The notes under the pieces: model-generated
Told to the model about the DNA's origin: nothing
Seen by the model: the letters and a program-made list of their open reading frames with translations, nothing else
Databases searched by the model: none
In this document: piece after piece, positions 44,276 to 54,820 of the stretch
How the letters are laid out: every line of letters begins with the position of its first letter
How positions within the stretch are numbered: the first letter of the stretch is position 1
Program-made: the position numbers and the translations under genes
Assembly: GCA_021802965.1 (NCBI GenBank)
Contig: JAJZQZ010000001.1
Location: 1-55,035 of the forward strand
Reading direction: 5' to 3'
Length of the DNA stretch: 55,035 bases
DNA from: Actinomycetes bacterium
GTDB taxonomy: Bacteria > Actinomycetota > Thermoleophilia > RBG-16-64-13

Positions 44276-45814
44276 CTACTTGGCGTACTCGACCGCCCGG
44301 CTCTCCCGGATGACCGTCACGCGGATCTGCCCAGGATAGTCCAGCTCCTGCTCGATCTCCTTGGCGATCTCGCGGCATAGGAGCACGGCTAGATCGTCGT
44401 CGACCTCTTCCGGCTTCACCATGACCCGGATCTCGCGACCCGCCTGGATGGCGTACGACTTCTCGACACCCTTCTTCGACTCGGCGATACGCTCCAGGTT
44501 CTCCAGGCGCTTGACGTAGGTCTCGAGGGTCTCGCGGCGGGCGCCCGGACGCGCGCCCGAAACGGCGTCGGCCGCGGCGGCGAGGACCGCCTCGACGGTC
44601 TGGGCTTCGACGTCGTTGTGGTGGGACTCGATGACGTGCACGACCGCGTCGACCTCGCCGTAGCGACGCGCCAGGTTGGCGCCGATCACGGCGTGGGAGC
44701 CCTCGACCTCATGATCGACGGCCTTGCCCAGGTCGTGGAGCAGTCCCGCCCGTTTGGCCAGCTTTGCGTTGGCGCCGAGTTCTGTCGCCATGATCCCCGC
44801 CAGGTACGCGACTTCCAGGGAGTGCGACAGCACGTTCTGCCCGTACGATGTCCGGTACTTGAGGCGGCCGAGGAGCTTCACCAGTTCAGGCGCCAGCCCA
44901 TGGATATCGGCCTCGAAGGTGGCCTGCTCGCCCGCCTCCTGGATCTCCTTGTCGACCTCTTCTTTGGCCTTGCCGTACATTTCCTCGATCTTGGCCGGGT
45001 GGATGCGTCCGTCGGCCACCAGCTTGGAGAGAGTGATGCGTGCGATCTCGCGCCGGACCGTGTCGAAGCCGGACAGCACGACGGCTTCGGGCGTGTCGTC
45101 GATGATGAAGTCGATCCCCGTCAGGTTCTCGAGAGTCCGGATATTGCGGCCCTCGCGTCCGATGATGCGGCCCTTCATGTCGTCAGAAGGCAACGCGACC
45201 ACGGAGACGGTGGTATCGGCCACGTGATTGGCGGCGGTACGCTGAATGGCCAGGGAGAGGATGTTGCGCGAGCGGCGGTCGGCCTCCCGACGCGCCTCTT
45301 CCTCGATCGAGCGCACCATCTTCGCCATGTCGTGGCGCACGTCATCCTCGGTGCGCTTCAGCAAGATGTCGCGGGCTTCGCTCTGCGTCAGACCGGAGAT
45401 GACCTCCAGTTGGTGGTCCTGCTCGGCTTTCGCCGCCTCGGCCTGCTCGAGCACGGTGCGGTAGTGCGCCTCGCGGTCCGCGACCGACTGCTCCTTCTTC
45501 TGCAGGTCCTTCTGCTTCTCGTCGAGACTCTCCTCGCGCTGAAGCACCCGCTTCTCGAGTTGGGTGAGCTCGTTGCGACGTTCCTTCAGCTCGGCTTCGG
45601 TTTCGGTCCGGAGCTTGTAGAGCTCATCCTTGACCTCTACCCGGGCTTCACGCTTGATCGCCTCGGCTTTACCCTCCGCCTCTTCCAGCGTCTTCTTGGC
45701 TTGAGCCTCGGCCGACGAGATCTTGGCCTCCCCGACATACTTTCTTAGGAGAAACCCTGCGGCCACGCCGACGGCCAAAGCCACGATGGCCACGATTATC
45801 CATACAGCAGTCAT
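44276..45814 (-). CDS. rny: ribonuclease Y
   Basis: ORF of 512 aa. N-terminal TM helix, a coiled coil, a KH domain ([12 protein letters not shown]) and an HD domain (LLHDLGK). Confidence 0.95.
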   Translation of the reverse strand: MTAVWIIVAIVALAVGVAAGFLLRKYVGEAKISSAEAQAKKTLEEAEGKAEAIKREARVEVKDELYKLRTETEAELKERRNELTQLEKRVLQREESLDEKQKDLQKKEQSVADREAHYRTVLEQAEAAKAEQDHQLEVISGLTQSEARDILLKRTEDDVRHDMAKMVRSIEEEARREADRRSRNILSLAIQRTAANHVADTTVSVVALPSDDMKGRIIGREGRNIRTLENLTGIDFIIDDTPEAVVLSGFDTVRREIARITLSKLVADGRIHPAKIEEMYGKAKEEVDKEIQEAGEQATFEADIHGLAPELVKLLGRLKYRTSYGQNVLSHSLEVAYLAGIMATELGANAKLAKRAGLLHDLGKAVDHEVEGSHAVIGANLARRYGEVDAVVHVIESHHNDVEAQTVEAVLAAAADAVSGARPGARRETLETYVKRLENLERIAESKKGVEKSYAIQAGREIRVMVKPEEVDDDLAVLLCREIAKEIEQELDYPGQIRVTVIRESRAVEYAK

Positions 45815-46106
45815 ATGCTCTCCAGTCCGATCACGGGCCAGCAGACACCACCAGAACCTCGTGACGACCGGCGGACGGCGGGACGCGAAAGGCCGAGTAA
45901 GAACGCTGTTGAAGAATCAAAGCTTTGGCCGCCAAGACGCACTGGGCGGCACGCTCGATCGGCGCACCGCGGACGCCCTATGCATCTACTTCCGGAGTCT
46001 GTGTTGTACTCGACCTCGGCGCAGAATCACTGACTAGCAGGCAATCTATCTTCACGAGCGGGACCACGTGATCCGTCGTCCACCATTCGTCACATACTCA
46101 GTGAGT

Positions 46107-46688
46107 TTATCCTTGCCCCTCGTACAGTGTCAAGGAGACGGCCTGTCCGACCACCCTGCGGGCGGTGCTCCAGTCGTGTCCTCGGCGGACCAGGAAGGAC
46201 ACGGCCCGGCGCTCCCCGGCCACCTGGTCGTCGGTGAAAGCACGGCCGAAACGCCGGGCCACGAGGGCCACGAGTTGCGGGTCTTCATCGCACTCCAAGA
46301 CGTCCGAGCCTTCTCCCACCGAGTCGACCAAGCCCAGGCAGCCGCTGCGCTCGTCCCGCACGCGGGCGAGCGCCTCGTCGGCCTCCTCGACGGTCACACC
46401 CTTGCTGAGAAGCTCAGCCCGCACCTGCCGACCGCTCCATCCGCCGGCCACGCGGCCCCGGGCCACGCTGACGGCGTAGCGCGTCTGATCCAGGAAGCCG
46501 TGCTGTTCGAGCCAGGCGACCAGCTCCTCGATCAGGGCGTCGTCGTACCCGTAGCGGCGCATGCGGTCCTGCACCTCGGCTCGAGACCTCTCCCGCGACT
46601 GCAGATAATGAAGAGCGCGCGAACGGGCCTTGGCGGGCTCATCCTGGGGCGGTCGATCCAAGTTCGCCCGGCTCACACTACGAGGCAT
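46107..46688 (-). CDS. recX: recombination regulator RecX
   Basis: ATG 46688, within ORF 46107..46781; overlaps the recA 3' end. RecX repeat pattern ([15 protein letters not shown]...L...G..D). Confidence 0.8.
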   Translation of the reverse strand: MPRSVSRANLDRPPQDEPAKARSRALHYLQSRERSRAEVQDRMRRYGYDDALIEELVAWLEQHGFLDQTRYAVSVARGRVAGGWSGRQVRAELLSKGVTVEEADEALARVRDERSGCLGLVDSVGEGSDVLECDEDPQLVALVARRFGRAFTDDQVAGERRAVSFLVRRGHDWSTARRVVGQAVSLTLYEGQG

Positions 46689-47736
46689 CACCCGCAGGAG
46701 CGACCGCCGCGGTGTCGCCGGCCCCATCGGGAGACGCCGTCCCCGCCAGCCACTCGGGCTCCACGGCCTGGACGATCTCATCCCTGAGCTTCTGGAGCAG
46801 CTCGGGGTTGTCTCGCAGGAAGCCCTTCACGTTCTCCCGGCCCTGGCCGAGCCGCTGGTCGCCGTACGAGAACCACGCGCCGCTCTTCTGGACCACTTTC
46901 TGCTCCACCGCCAGATCGAGCAGCTCGCCCTCGGTCGAGATACCGGTGCCGTACATGATGTCGAACTCCGCCTGTTTGAACGGCGGCGCCACCTTGTTCT
47001 TCACCACGCGGACCCGCACCCGGTTCCCGACCGCCTGGTCGGCGTCCTTGAGCGTCTCGATGCGGCGGATATCGAGCCGGACCGAAGCATAGAACTTGAG
47101 GGCGCGACCACCCGGGGTGACCTCGGGGTTGCCGAACATCACCCCCACCTTCTCGCGGAGCTGATTGATGAAGACGGCCGTGGTCTGTGTCTTGTTGATC
47201 GTGCCCGCCAGCTTGCGTAGAGCCTGGCTCATCAACCGAGCCTGAAGCCCGACATGAGAGTCACCCATCTCACCCTCGATCTCGGCTCGAGGAGTGAGGG
47301 CCGCAACGGAGTCCACCACCAAGATGTCGAGGGCGCCGCTGCGGATGAGCAACTCCGCGATCTCCAGCGCCTGCTCGCCATGGTCGGGCTGGGCCAGAAG
47401 CAGGTCGTCGATCTGCACCCCGATACGGCGCGCGTACATGGGATCCATGGCGTGCTCGGCGTCGATGAAGGCCGCCTTGCCCCCGCACTTCTGGGCTTCA
47501 GCGATCATGTGGAAGGCAAGCGTGGTCTTGCCACTCGATTCGGGGCCGAAGATCTCGACCACGCGCCCTCGGGGCACTCCCCCGACGCCAAGAGCTATGT
47601 CGAGCCCCAGCGAGCCGGTCGAGATGGCGGGCACCCTCACCGCCGCCGCTTCGTCGCCCATGCGCATGATGGCGCCTTTGCCGAATTGGCGCTCGATCTG
47701 CGCCACCGCCATATCCAAAGCCTTATCTTTCTCCAC
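46678..47736 (-). CDS. recA: recombinase RecA
   Basis: ORF of 352 aa, GTG start. Motifs [20 protein letters not shown] and others. Confidence 0.98.
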   Translation of the reverse strand: MEKDKALDMAVAQIERQFGKGAIMRMGDEAAAVRVPAISTGSLGLDIALGVGGVPRGRVVEIFGPESSGKTTLAFHMIAEAQKCGGKAAFIDAEHAMDPMYARRIGVQIDDLLLAQPDHGEQALEIAELLIRSGALDILVVDSVAALTPRAEIEGEMGDSHVGLQARLMSQALRKLAGTINKTQTTAVFINQLREKVGVMFGNPEVTPGGRALKFYASVRLDIRRIETLKDADQAVGNRVRVRVVKNKVAPPFKQAEFDIMYGTGISTEGELLDLAVEQKVVQKSGAWFSYGDQRLGQGRENVKGFLRDNPELLQKLRDEIVQAVEPEWLAGTASPDGAGDTAAVAPAGDAS

Positions 47737-47744
47737 TACTCCTC

Positions 47745-48332
47745 CTACTCGACTGACTCAGTGTCCCTCATGGTCAAAGGCATGCGCTCGAGGACCGTGT
47801 AGCGGGCCCCTTCGCGTCCCAGCTCGCTCTTGTAGAGACAGACAGACTCTACTGGAAACCCGACCCGCCCGCACTCCGACTTTGGTTGCACGGCGCGCGG
47901 CTCCCGCAGGCGGGCTATGGTCAGGTGCGGCAGGTAAGGCCGTTTCTCGCGCCGATACACCCCCCCACGTTCCAGTCCTGCCGCCACCTGCTCGTAGAGG
48001 CCCGAGAACACGCCGTCCGGGTCGTCGATGGCGAGGGCGACCACGCGGGCCTTGCTCGGCGAGGGCAGGAACAAAAAGCCCCCCAGCCGCGTGATCCCAC
48101 CCGACCTTACATCTACACCAGCCACGACGGCCCGAGCTGCCTCCCGAGCCTCCGCCCCCAGCCCACCGAGGAAAGCAAGGGTGACGTGCAGCTGCTCGGG
48201 ACGGATCAGACGAAGGCCGGCTATCGCCGGCAACGCATGCTGTGCTTCGGCGACGAAAGGCTTTGCCTCGACGGGCAGGGGAACGCCGACGAACAGACGC
48301 TCTACGTCAACTCCGGGACGCGTCGTGCTCAT
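47745..48332 (-). CDS. thpR: RNA 2',3'-cyclic phosphodiesterase (2H family, ThpR/LigT)
   Basis: ATG 48332, within ORF 47745..48365. Two HxT/S motifs (HVTLAFLG and PHLTIARL). Confidence 0.8.
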   Translation of the reverse strand: MSTTRPGVDVERLFVGVPLPVEAKPFVAEAQHALPAIAGLRLIRPEQLHVTLAFLGGLGAEAREAARAVVAGVDVRSGGITRLGGFLFLPSPSKARVVALAIDDPDGVFSGLYEQVAAGLERGGVYRREKRPYLPHLTIARLREPRAVQPKSECGRVGFPVESVCLYKSELGREGARYTVLERMPLTMRDTESVE

Positions 48333-48948
48333 GAGCCCCTTCGGCGACGCCCTCGCCCGACGCATGCGGGACCGCAGGCAGGTGCAGGCGCTCGCGCGCC
48401 CGCACGAAGTAGTCGATGCCGCTCGTCACGGTGACCAGCACCGCGGCCATGACCACCAGCCAGCTGACCCTCCTCCCTGCCACCTGCCATCCCGGCTCCA
48501 GTATCACGATCACGATCGCGGCCATCTGGCACACGGTCTTCAGCTTGCCCCAGATGCTCGCGGGGATGATGACGCCCTCCGCGGCGGCCACCATCCTCAA
48601 GCCGGAAACGGCGAACTCGCGCGCTATGATCACCATAGCAACCCATGCGGACAGCTTCTGCAACTGCACGAGCGCGATGAGCGCCGCCGAGACCAGCAAC
48701 TTGTCTGCCAGAGGGTCGAGGAAGGTCCCGAGCACGGTGACCTCCTTGCGCCTCCGGGCCAGGTACCCGTCGACCGAGTCGCTCACAGCCGCGAGACCGA
48801 AGGTGATCGCCGCCAGGACGCTGCCCAGCTCGACCGCATCCTCCCGGTCGCTCATCAGGGGGACGTTGCCGAGCAGGAACGCCATGAACACCGGGATGAG
48901 GAGGATCCGGAAGAAGGTGATGGAGTTAGGCAGGTTCGGTCGCATCAC
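48307..48948 (-). CDS. pgsA: CDP-diacylglycerol-glycerol-3-phosphate 3-phosphatidyltransferase
   Basis: ORF of 213 aa. CDP-alcohol phosphatidyltransferase motif DSVDGYLARR....G..LDPLADK. Confidence 0.92.
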   Translation of the reverse strand: MMRPNLPNSITFFRILLIPVFMAFLLGNVPLMSDREDAVELGSVLAAITFGLAAVSDSVDGYLARRRKEVTVLGTFLDPLADKLLVSAALIALVQLQKLSAWVAMVIIAREFAVSGLRMVAAAEGVIIPASIWGKLKTVCQMAAIVIVILEPGWQVAGRRVSWLVVMAAVLVTVTSGIDYFVRARERLHLPAVPHASGEGVAEGAHEHDASRS

Positions 48949-50248
48949 TTCTCGCCACCAAGTCGAAGCCGACGGCCTGGGTGACTATCGCGGTGACTAT
49001 GTCCCCCGGTCGGACGCGTGTTGGCAGGGGTCCCTCCAGGAACGTCATCCCGTCGACCTCGGGCGCCTGGCCCGGCGTGCGGCCCACCGCCGAGGTCCCC
49101 TCGGGTGCGTCGACGCCCGCCAACGCATCGATCATCACGGCCACGCGCCTGCCCACTCGGTCGCGGCCGGCATCCTCGGCGACCGACAGGAGTATATCAC
49201 TGAGCCTTCCAAGCCTCTCCCGAGCCACTTCTGCCCGCACTCGCGGTCGTAGCCGATAGGCCGGCGTCCCCTCCTCCGGGCTGTAGATGAACGCGCCCGC
49301 GTGATCGAAGCGCGCCTCGGCGACAAAGTCGAGCAACTCGCAGAAGTCTTGCTCGTCCTCCCCCGGGAAGCCCACGATGAAGGTCGAGCGCAGCGACAGG
49401 TCGGGCATGAGCTCGCGCGCACGTGCCAGCAGAGCCAGGTAGCCCTTAGCGTCTCCCCGCCGGCCCATCCGCTTCAAGACGCGGCGCGACGCGTGCTGGA
49501 AGGGGACGTCCAAGTAAGGGACCACCAGCGGGTGATCGGCTACCAGAGCCAGCAGTCGATCGTCGACGTTCTCAGGTTGAAAGTACATCAACCGCACGCG
49601 ACGCAGACGCTGGTCGGTGCCGAGCAGATCCACAAGGCCGGCGAGATCGAGGCTCCCCTCCCGCCAGATGGTCGTGTCCTGGCCCACGAGCACCAGCTCG
49701 CGCGCTCCCCGGTCGAGGGCGGCCGCGGCCTGCTCCTCGATCTGGCCGCGGGTCAAGGGACGGTATGGCCCCTTGATGCCCGGGATCGCACAGAAGCTGC
49801 AACGATGGTCGCAGCCGTCGGAGATCTTCACGTAGGCGTAGCTCAGTACTTCCTCGGGGGGCGCGGCGGGGCCACGGACCGCGTCCACCGCGCTCGATGC
49901 GCTCCCCTCATCTTGTGAGAGGTCGGCCACCAGCCGGTCCAGGTCGTCTAGCCCGTACCATCCGGCGACTTCGGGCAGACCTCGAGTCAGGTCCTCCCGA
50001 TACCGCTGGACGAGACACCCCATGACCAGGATGCGGGCGTTCGGGTACTCCTCGACGGCGCCCAGGACCGCCGAGATCGACTCCTCCTTGGCATCGGCGG
50101 TGAAGCCACACGTGTTGAACAGCAGATGGCTGGCCTCGGCGGGATCCGCCGAGAGGGCCACCCCGGATGCTCCGAGACGCCGCGCGAGTATGCCGCTATC
50201 AGCCTCGTTCTTGGGGCAGCCCAGGGTGTGGATGTGGAGCCGGATCAC
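48926..50248 (-). CDS. rimO: ribosomal protein S12 methylthiotransferase
   Basis: ORF of 440 aa. TLGCPKN N-terminus, radical-SAM CDHRCSFC motif and a TRAM domain. Confidence 0.92.
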   Translation of the reverse strand: MIRLHIHTLGCPKNEADSGILARRLGASGVALSADPAEASHLLFNTCGFTADAKEESISAVLGAVEEYPNARILVMGCLVQRYREDLTRGLPEVAGWYGLDDLDRLVADLSQDEGSASSAVDAVRGPAAPPEEVLSYAYVKISDGCDHRCSFCAIPGIKGPYRPLTRGQIEEQAAAALDRGARELVLVGQDTTIWREGSLDLAGLVDLLGTDQRLRRVRLMYFQPENVDDRLLALVADHPLVVPYLDVPFQHASRRVLKRMGRRGDAKGYLALLARARELMPDLSLRSTFIVGFPGEDEQDFCELLDFVAEARFDHAGAFIYSPEEGTPAYRLRPRVRAEVARERLGRLSDILLSVAEDAGRDRVGRRVAVMIDALAGVDAPEGTSAVGRTPGQAPEVDGMTFLEGPLPTRVRPGDIVTAIVTQAVGFDLVARSDATEPA

Positions 50249-50296
50249 GCCGTCCAGTGCGTTCTGGCGGCGAAGGCTTCGATCATCAGCAGTCTC

Positions 50297-51097
50297 CTAG
50301 AGGCGACTCAAGCCCGCGGCGGACAGCACGAATTCGCCGTAGGGCTCGGGCACGTCCACCTTCTTTCCGTTGACCATCAGGCGGACGGATGCGGGGTCTC
50401 CGATGTTCAGATACAGCTGCCCCGTACGCGAGTAGGAGAGCTTCTCCCCCTGCTTCAACGTGCCGGAGAACAGGGTCTTTCCGTCGGCCGATTCTTCGCG
50501 GACGGTCAGCCAGCAGCGCTGTCCCGTGGCCGTGAGGACGATGGCCAGCGACGCGTCGGCTCCGGCCGATGAGGCCGCCACCGACGAAGCGTCGGCCGCC
50601 CCCGAGGAGGAGCTCGCCCCATCGGTGGTCTGCGGCGTCTCGCTCAAAGAGATGGTGGTGTCGGAAGATGTAGTGCTGGTCGTGATGACCGTCGGGTCGA
50701 TGACGGCCGGTCCTTCGCCTCGGTTGCGAAAAACCAGCGCCAGCACCACGATCAGCAGCAGAGCGACCACACCCACGATGAGATAGTTCGGTTGTCGTCT
50801 TCGTCCCCGGGACCCGGCTCGTCCGGTGGATCTGCCGATCACCTGGTGTTGCCCCCTGAATTGGGGTTCGTACCGGGACAGATACTCGTCCATCATCAGG
50901 TCGGTGTCGAGACCCAAGAAGCTGGAGTACGTGCGAAGGAAAGCCTTGACGAACGTGGGGCCCGGGATAACCTCGAAGTCGTCCTGCTCGAGCGCCTGGA
51001 TGTACTTCGACCTGATCTTCAGGGCGTCTTCGACATCCTTGACAGACATGCCCCGCCTGATGCGGGCCTCCCGAAGGGTGTCGCCTAGCTCGAACAC
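50297..51097 (-). CDS. RodZ-like HTH / DUF4115 cytoskeleton-associated protein
   Basis: ORF of 266 aa. XRE-type HTH (LREARIRRGMSVKDVEDALKIR), a TM helix, a Ser/Thr-rich linker and a DUF4115-like C-terminus (WLTVREESADGKTLFSGTL..G). Confidence 0.75.
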   Translation of the reverse strand: MFELGDTLREARIRRGMSVKDVEDALKIRSKYIQALEQDDFEVIPGPTFVKAFLRTYSSFLGLDTDLMMDEYLSRYEPQFRGQHQVIGRSTGRAGSRGRRRQPNYLIVGVVALLLIVVLALVFRNRGEGPAVIDPTVITTSTTSSDTTISLSETPQTTDGASSSSGAADASSVAASSAGADASLAIVLTATGQRCWLTVREESADGKTLFSGTLKQGEKLSYSRTGQLYLNIGDPASVRLMVNGKKVDVPEPYGEFVLSAAGLSRL

Positions 51098-52194
51098 GCC
51101 GACCCCTGGGCTTCGAGCGCTCGGTCCAGACCGTCGGCCAGCGCACGCACGTCCCGCCGCGGGTCGGACCCGGTCTGCAGGGTGCAGACGAACGCCCTGC
51201 CGTCAACTGATGACCGCTGGTAGAGAGGGTCGTAGTATGCCACCAGCAGCCTCAACACCACGTCCCTGAATCTACCATCATCATAGGCCCTTCTCAAGGA
51301 GCGGGCCTGCTCAGGGTCGAGCCTCTCCCCTATCAACGCGAGCGAACGACGGAAGCGGGCCACGTCCTCGGGGCCCCACGACTCCGGCCGGTACTCTCCC
51401 AGGATGCGATCGGCACGCACGTCCGCCTCGGCCTCGACGAGCACCGGGCGCCCGCCGCGCACGAGGGCCGCCACACTCTCAGGAAGGAACAGCTTGCCGA
51501 TCTTGCCCCCCTCGCCTTCCACGACCAGGTAGTCCCCGGCAGGCTTGCGCAGGGCGTCCCACACCAGCGCGTCGAAATCCTTCTGGGTCCGTTCCCGAGG
51601 TTGGTGGAGACCACCCAGCAGCGAGCCACGATGAAGGGCCAGCCCCTCCAGGTCGATCACCCAGGGTCGCGGTCTCCCCGGCCGGTCGAGCCGGGCAAGA
51701 AGGCGCAGCAACTCGGTCTTTCCCGAGCCGGTGTGGCCGTACAACGTGAAGACGCAACGATCGGGGTGCCACCCTTCGAGCCCATCGAGCACCCAACGGC
51801 GATACGCCTTGTACCCGCCCTGGACCTGCGCGGCGTGCACGCCGACGGTGGACAGGAGCACGATCACGTTACGACTCCGCTCCCCACCGCGCCAGCACAT
51901 GACCGCCAGACGCCCTCCGCCTCGGGCCAGGAGGGACAGGGAGCGCAGGTAGGTGGGCAGCCCTGGGCTCACGGCGTCCATGGCCAGCACCCGGGCGTGC
52001 TGGGCTCCCCGCGTCTTGTACGCCGACCCGACCGCCGCCCTCTGCCGATCGTCCAGCAGCGGCAGGTTCACCGCGCCCGGAGTGTGTCCTTCGGCGAACT
52101 CGCGCGGGCTCCGCACGTCGACTATAACATAGTCCCCGTCGACAGCCTCCTGCGGGGAGATCCGGGCAACCTGGAGCGGACCTGTGACTGGCAT
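51085..52194 (-). CDS. selU: tRNA 2-selenouridine synthase (rhodanese plus P-loop)
   Basis: ORF of 369 aa. Rhodanese active-site CWRGGERS and P-loop GHTGSGKT in the SelU/MnmH arrangement. Confidence 0.78.
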   Translation of the reverse strand: MPVTGPLQVARISPQEAVDGDYVIVDVRSPREFAEGHTPGAVNLPLLDDRQRAAVGSAYKTRGAQHARVLAMDAVSPGLPTYLRSLSLLARGGGRLAVMCWRGGERSRNVIVLLSTVGVHAAQVQGGYKAYRRWVLDGLEGWHPDRCVFTLYGHTGSGKTELLRLLARLDRPGRPRPWVIDLEGLALHRGSLLGGLHQPRERTQKDFDALVWDALRKPAGDYLVVEGEGGKIGKLFLPESVAALVRGGRPVLVEAEADVRADRILGEYRPESWGPEDVARFRRSLALIGERLDPEQARSLRRAYDDGRFRDVVLRLLVAYYDPLYQRSSVDGRAFVCTLQTGSDPRRDVRALADGLDRALEAQGSACSS

Positions 52195-52224
52195 GGGGAG
52201 CCGACAGCATCGAGGCGGGAGCCT

Positions 52225-54813
52225 CTAGTCGTCTATCCCCGCATCGTCGTCGTCGACCACGCCCCACGTGTCGACGGGGACTCCCGCATCGATCTGCAGC
52301 TCTTCGAGCACCCGAGCACGTTCCTCCGGGCGCACCAGTATCTGCCGCGACTTGCTGCCTTCATAGGGACCTACGATCCCGCGGCGCTCGAGCATGTCGA
52401 TGAGCCGGCCCGCCCTCGTGTAACCCACACGCAGTCGGCGCTGGAGCATCGAGACCGACGCGCTCCCGGTCTCGAGCACCATCAAGGCGGCGTCGGCCAG
52501 CAGGTCGTCGCTGTCCGGGTCGAAGGCCTCGTCCTCGTGGGCCGGTTCGCGCTTGGGAGGCTCGAGCAGCTCCTCCTGGTATTCCGGGCTGGCCTGGCCC
52601 CGCACGTGGGTGACCAGCAGATGGATCTCTTCCTCGGTTATCAGGGCCCCTTGGATCCTCTGCAGCCTGCTGGAGCCCAGGGGCTTGAACAGCATGTCGC
52701 CCATCCCCAGCAGGGTCTCCGCCCCGTTCACATCGAGGATGACACGCGAGTCCGTCTGACTGGAGACCGCGAACGCGATGCGCGAGGGGATGTTGGCTTT
52801 GATCATGCCCGTGATCACGTCGACCGACGGACGCTGGGTCGCGACGACCAAGTGGATGCCCACGGCGCGCGCCTTCTGGGCCAGGCGGATGACGTACTCC
52901 TCCACCTCGCCCGGAGAGACCATCATCAGGTCCGCGAGCTCGTCGATGACGATGACGACGTACGGCAACATCCTCTCGCCCCGGCGGGCCCGCACCTTGT
53001 TCATCTCGTCGAGGTGACGGCACTTCTCGAGCTCCATCAGCTCGTAGCGGTTCTCCATCTCCTTGACGATGTTGTGCAGAACGCCCGCGGCGTTCTTCAT
53101 GTTGGTCACCACGGGCACCATGAGGTGCGGGATGTAATCGTAGTGTGAGAGCTCGACCTTCTTGGGGTCGATGAGGATCAGCTTGACCTGCTCGGGCTCG
53201 GCGCGCAGGAGGATGGACGAGATGATGCAGTTGACACATCCGCTCTTGCCCGAGCCCGTAGTCCCGGCGATGAGCAGGTGCGGCAGCTTGGCCAGGTCGG
53301 TGTAGATCGGCTTGCCCGAGATGTCCTTGCCGAGCCACACCATGAGGGGCCCCGCCGTGCGGGGGAAGTCCCGGTAGATGTCGCCCAGGGTGACGAAGCT
53401 CGGGCGCTGGTTGGGTACTTCCACCCCCACAGCCTGTTTTCCCGGGATGGGGGCCAGGATCCGGATCTCGGTGCTCGCGAGCGCGTACGCGAGGTCGTCC
53501 TTGAGTCCCGCCACCTTGCTCACCTTCGTGCCGGGCGCCAGCTGCAGCTCGTAGCGCGTGACACGGGGGCCCACGACCATCCCCACGACGTTGGCGTCGA
53601 CGCCGAAGTGTGACAGGGTCTCGACGAGCAGGGCCGCGGTCTCCCGATCGCCTCGTCCTTCGGAGGGCACGGGAGTCGAGCTCTTGCGGAGCAGGTGAGA
53701 CCCGGGCAACGTATAGGCCGCCGCCTTCGCGGGTGGAGCGTCGAGACCGGGCAGCGAGTCCTGACGGGTCACGCTCGCCCTCGCGGCCGACGCAGCGTCT
53801 GTCGGCCCTTCCGCGCGCGCAGGGCGCGCCGCGAGGGTGGGCTCGTCTGTGGCGGCAAGCAGCGGACCGGCCGCCACCGACGGAGCGGCGCGAACGGTCA
53901 TCTCGTCTCCGAAGAGGTCGGGATAGGCGGCGGCCGCATCCAGTAGCTTGGGGGTCGCCGTCAATGTTTCGTTGCCGACCACGGTCGGTGACTCGGGGTC
54001 GAACACCGGATAGCCGTCATCCCCAGCCTCGTGGATGCCGACGTCGGGAGTGCCGGCCACGACGGGCGCCGCGACGGGGAAGCCGTGCAGATAGGGATCG
54101 TCGAGAGGCCCCGGCGAATCGGCGGCGTCGGCGAGGTCGCGCTCCCGCAGGTAGCGGGACGTCCGCTCCGCTCCCTCCTTTGCCTTCAGTGCCGCACGAC
54201 CCGTTCCAACCAGTGTCCGGCGCAACGACAGCCCCGTCACCAGGCTCACGCCCGCGAGCAGGAGCAGCCAGCCGGATATGCCTACGCCCACGGATCCCCC
54301 GAGTCGAGTACCCCCGGCATAGAGCACTTCTCCGATCCATCCGGCTCGGGCCCGGTACACCTCGGGAACGAAGTTCTCGACACCGTGGGAAGGGCCGACG
54401 GGTGGGAACGCCGCGGCTGTCAGCAGCATCAGCCCGACCAGGCCGATGACCGTGCCGACCACCCAAGGATAGGCGAGGCGCAGGCGCACATCGAAGATGA
54501 GCAGCGCCGACACGACCAGCAGGGCCAGAGGCAACAAGAACGCCAGGCGCCCCACGAGCACGCTGAGGGCCGAGGTGGCGGCGTCGCCCAAGGCGCCGCC
54601 GCGCCGGCCCGCTATGAGCACGAAGGCGAGGAACACGGCCACCCCGAGCAAGGCGAGAGCGATCATCTCTCGTCTGTGGTGGGCGGGAGCGGCCGTCGGC
54701 GGGCTCTTGGAGCCGGGTTTGGCCGTGGTCGCCGACTTGGACGCCGAAGATCGGCCGGCGCCGGTCGCCCGCCGCTCGGTCGGGGCCGTGCGAGAGGTCT
54801 GCCGTTCGGTCAC
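52225..54813 (-). CDS. ftsK: DNA translocase FtsK
   Basis: ORF of 862 aa, GTG start. N-terminal TM helices, a linker, a motor domain (GTTGSGKS, VVIDELADL) and a gamma wHTH (MLQRRLRVGYTRAGRLID). Confidence 0.95.
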   Translation of the reverse strand: MTERQTSRTAPTERRATGAGRSSASKSATTAKPGSKSPPTAAPAHHRREMIALALLGVAVFLAFVLIAGRRGGALGDAATSALSVLVGRLAFLLPLALLVVSALLIFDVRLRLAYPWVVGTVIGLVGLMLLTAAAFPPVGPSHGVENFVPEVYRARAGWIGEVLYAGGTRLGGSVGVGISGWLLLLAGVSLVTGLSLRRTLVGTGRAALKAKEGAERTSRYLRERDLADAADSPGPLDDPYLHGFPVAAPVVAGTPDVGIHEAGDDGYPVFDPESPTVVGNETLTATPKLLDAAAAYPDLFGDEMTVRAAPSVAAGPLLAATDEPTLAARPARAEGPTDAASAARASVTRQDSLPGLDAPPAKAAAYTLPGSHLLRKSSTPVPSEGRGDRETAALLVETLSHFGVDANVVGMVVGPRVTRYELQLAPGTKVSKVAGLKDDLAYALASTEIRILAPIPGKQAVGVEVPNQRPSFVTLGDIYRDFPRTAGPLMVWLGKDISGKPIYTDLAKLPHLLIAGTTGSGKSGCVNCIISSILLRAEPEQVKLILIDPKKVELSHYDYIPHLMVPVVTNMKNAAGVLHNIVKEMENRYELMELEKCRHLDEMNKVRARRGERMLPYVVIVIDELADLMMVSPGEVEEYVIRLAQKARAVGIHLVVATQRPSVDVITGMIKANIPSRIAFAVSSQTDSRVILDVNGAETLLGMGDMLFKPLGSSRLQRIQGALITEEEIHLLVTHVRGQASPEYQEELLEPPKREPAHEDEAFDPDSDDLLADAALMVLETGSASVSMLQRRLRVGYTRAGRLIDMLERRGIVGPYEGSKSRQILVRPEERARVLEELQIDAGVPVDTWGVVDDDDAGIDD

Positions 54814-54820
54814 CGAGCCC

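Noticed and set aside
47737-47860. LexA/SOS (Cheo) box upstream of recA.
   Set aside because: - No GAAC-N4-GTTC or TCGAAC-N4-GTTCGA-like palindrome is visible.
- recA starts 8 nt after the thpR stop.
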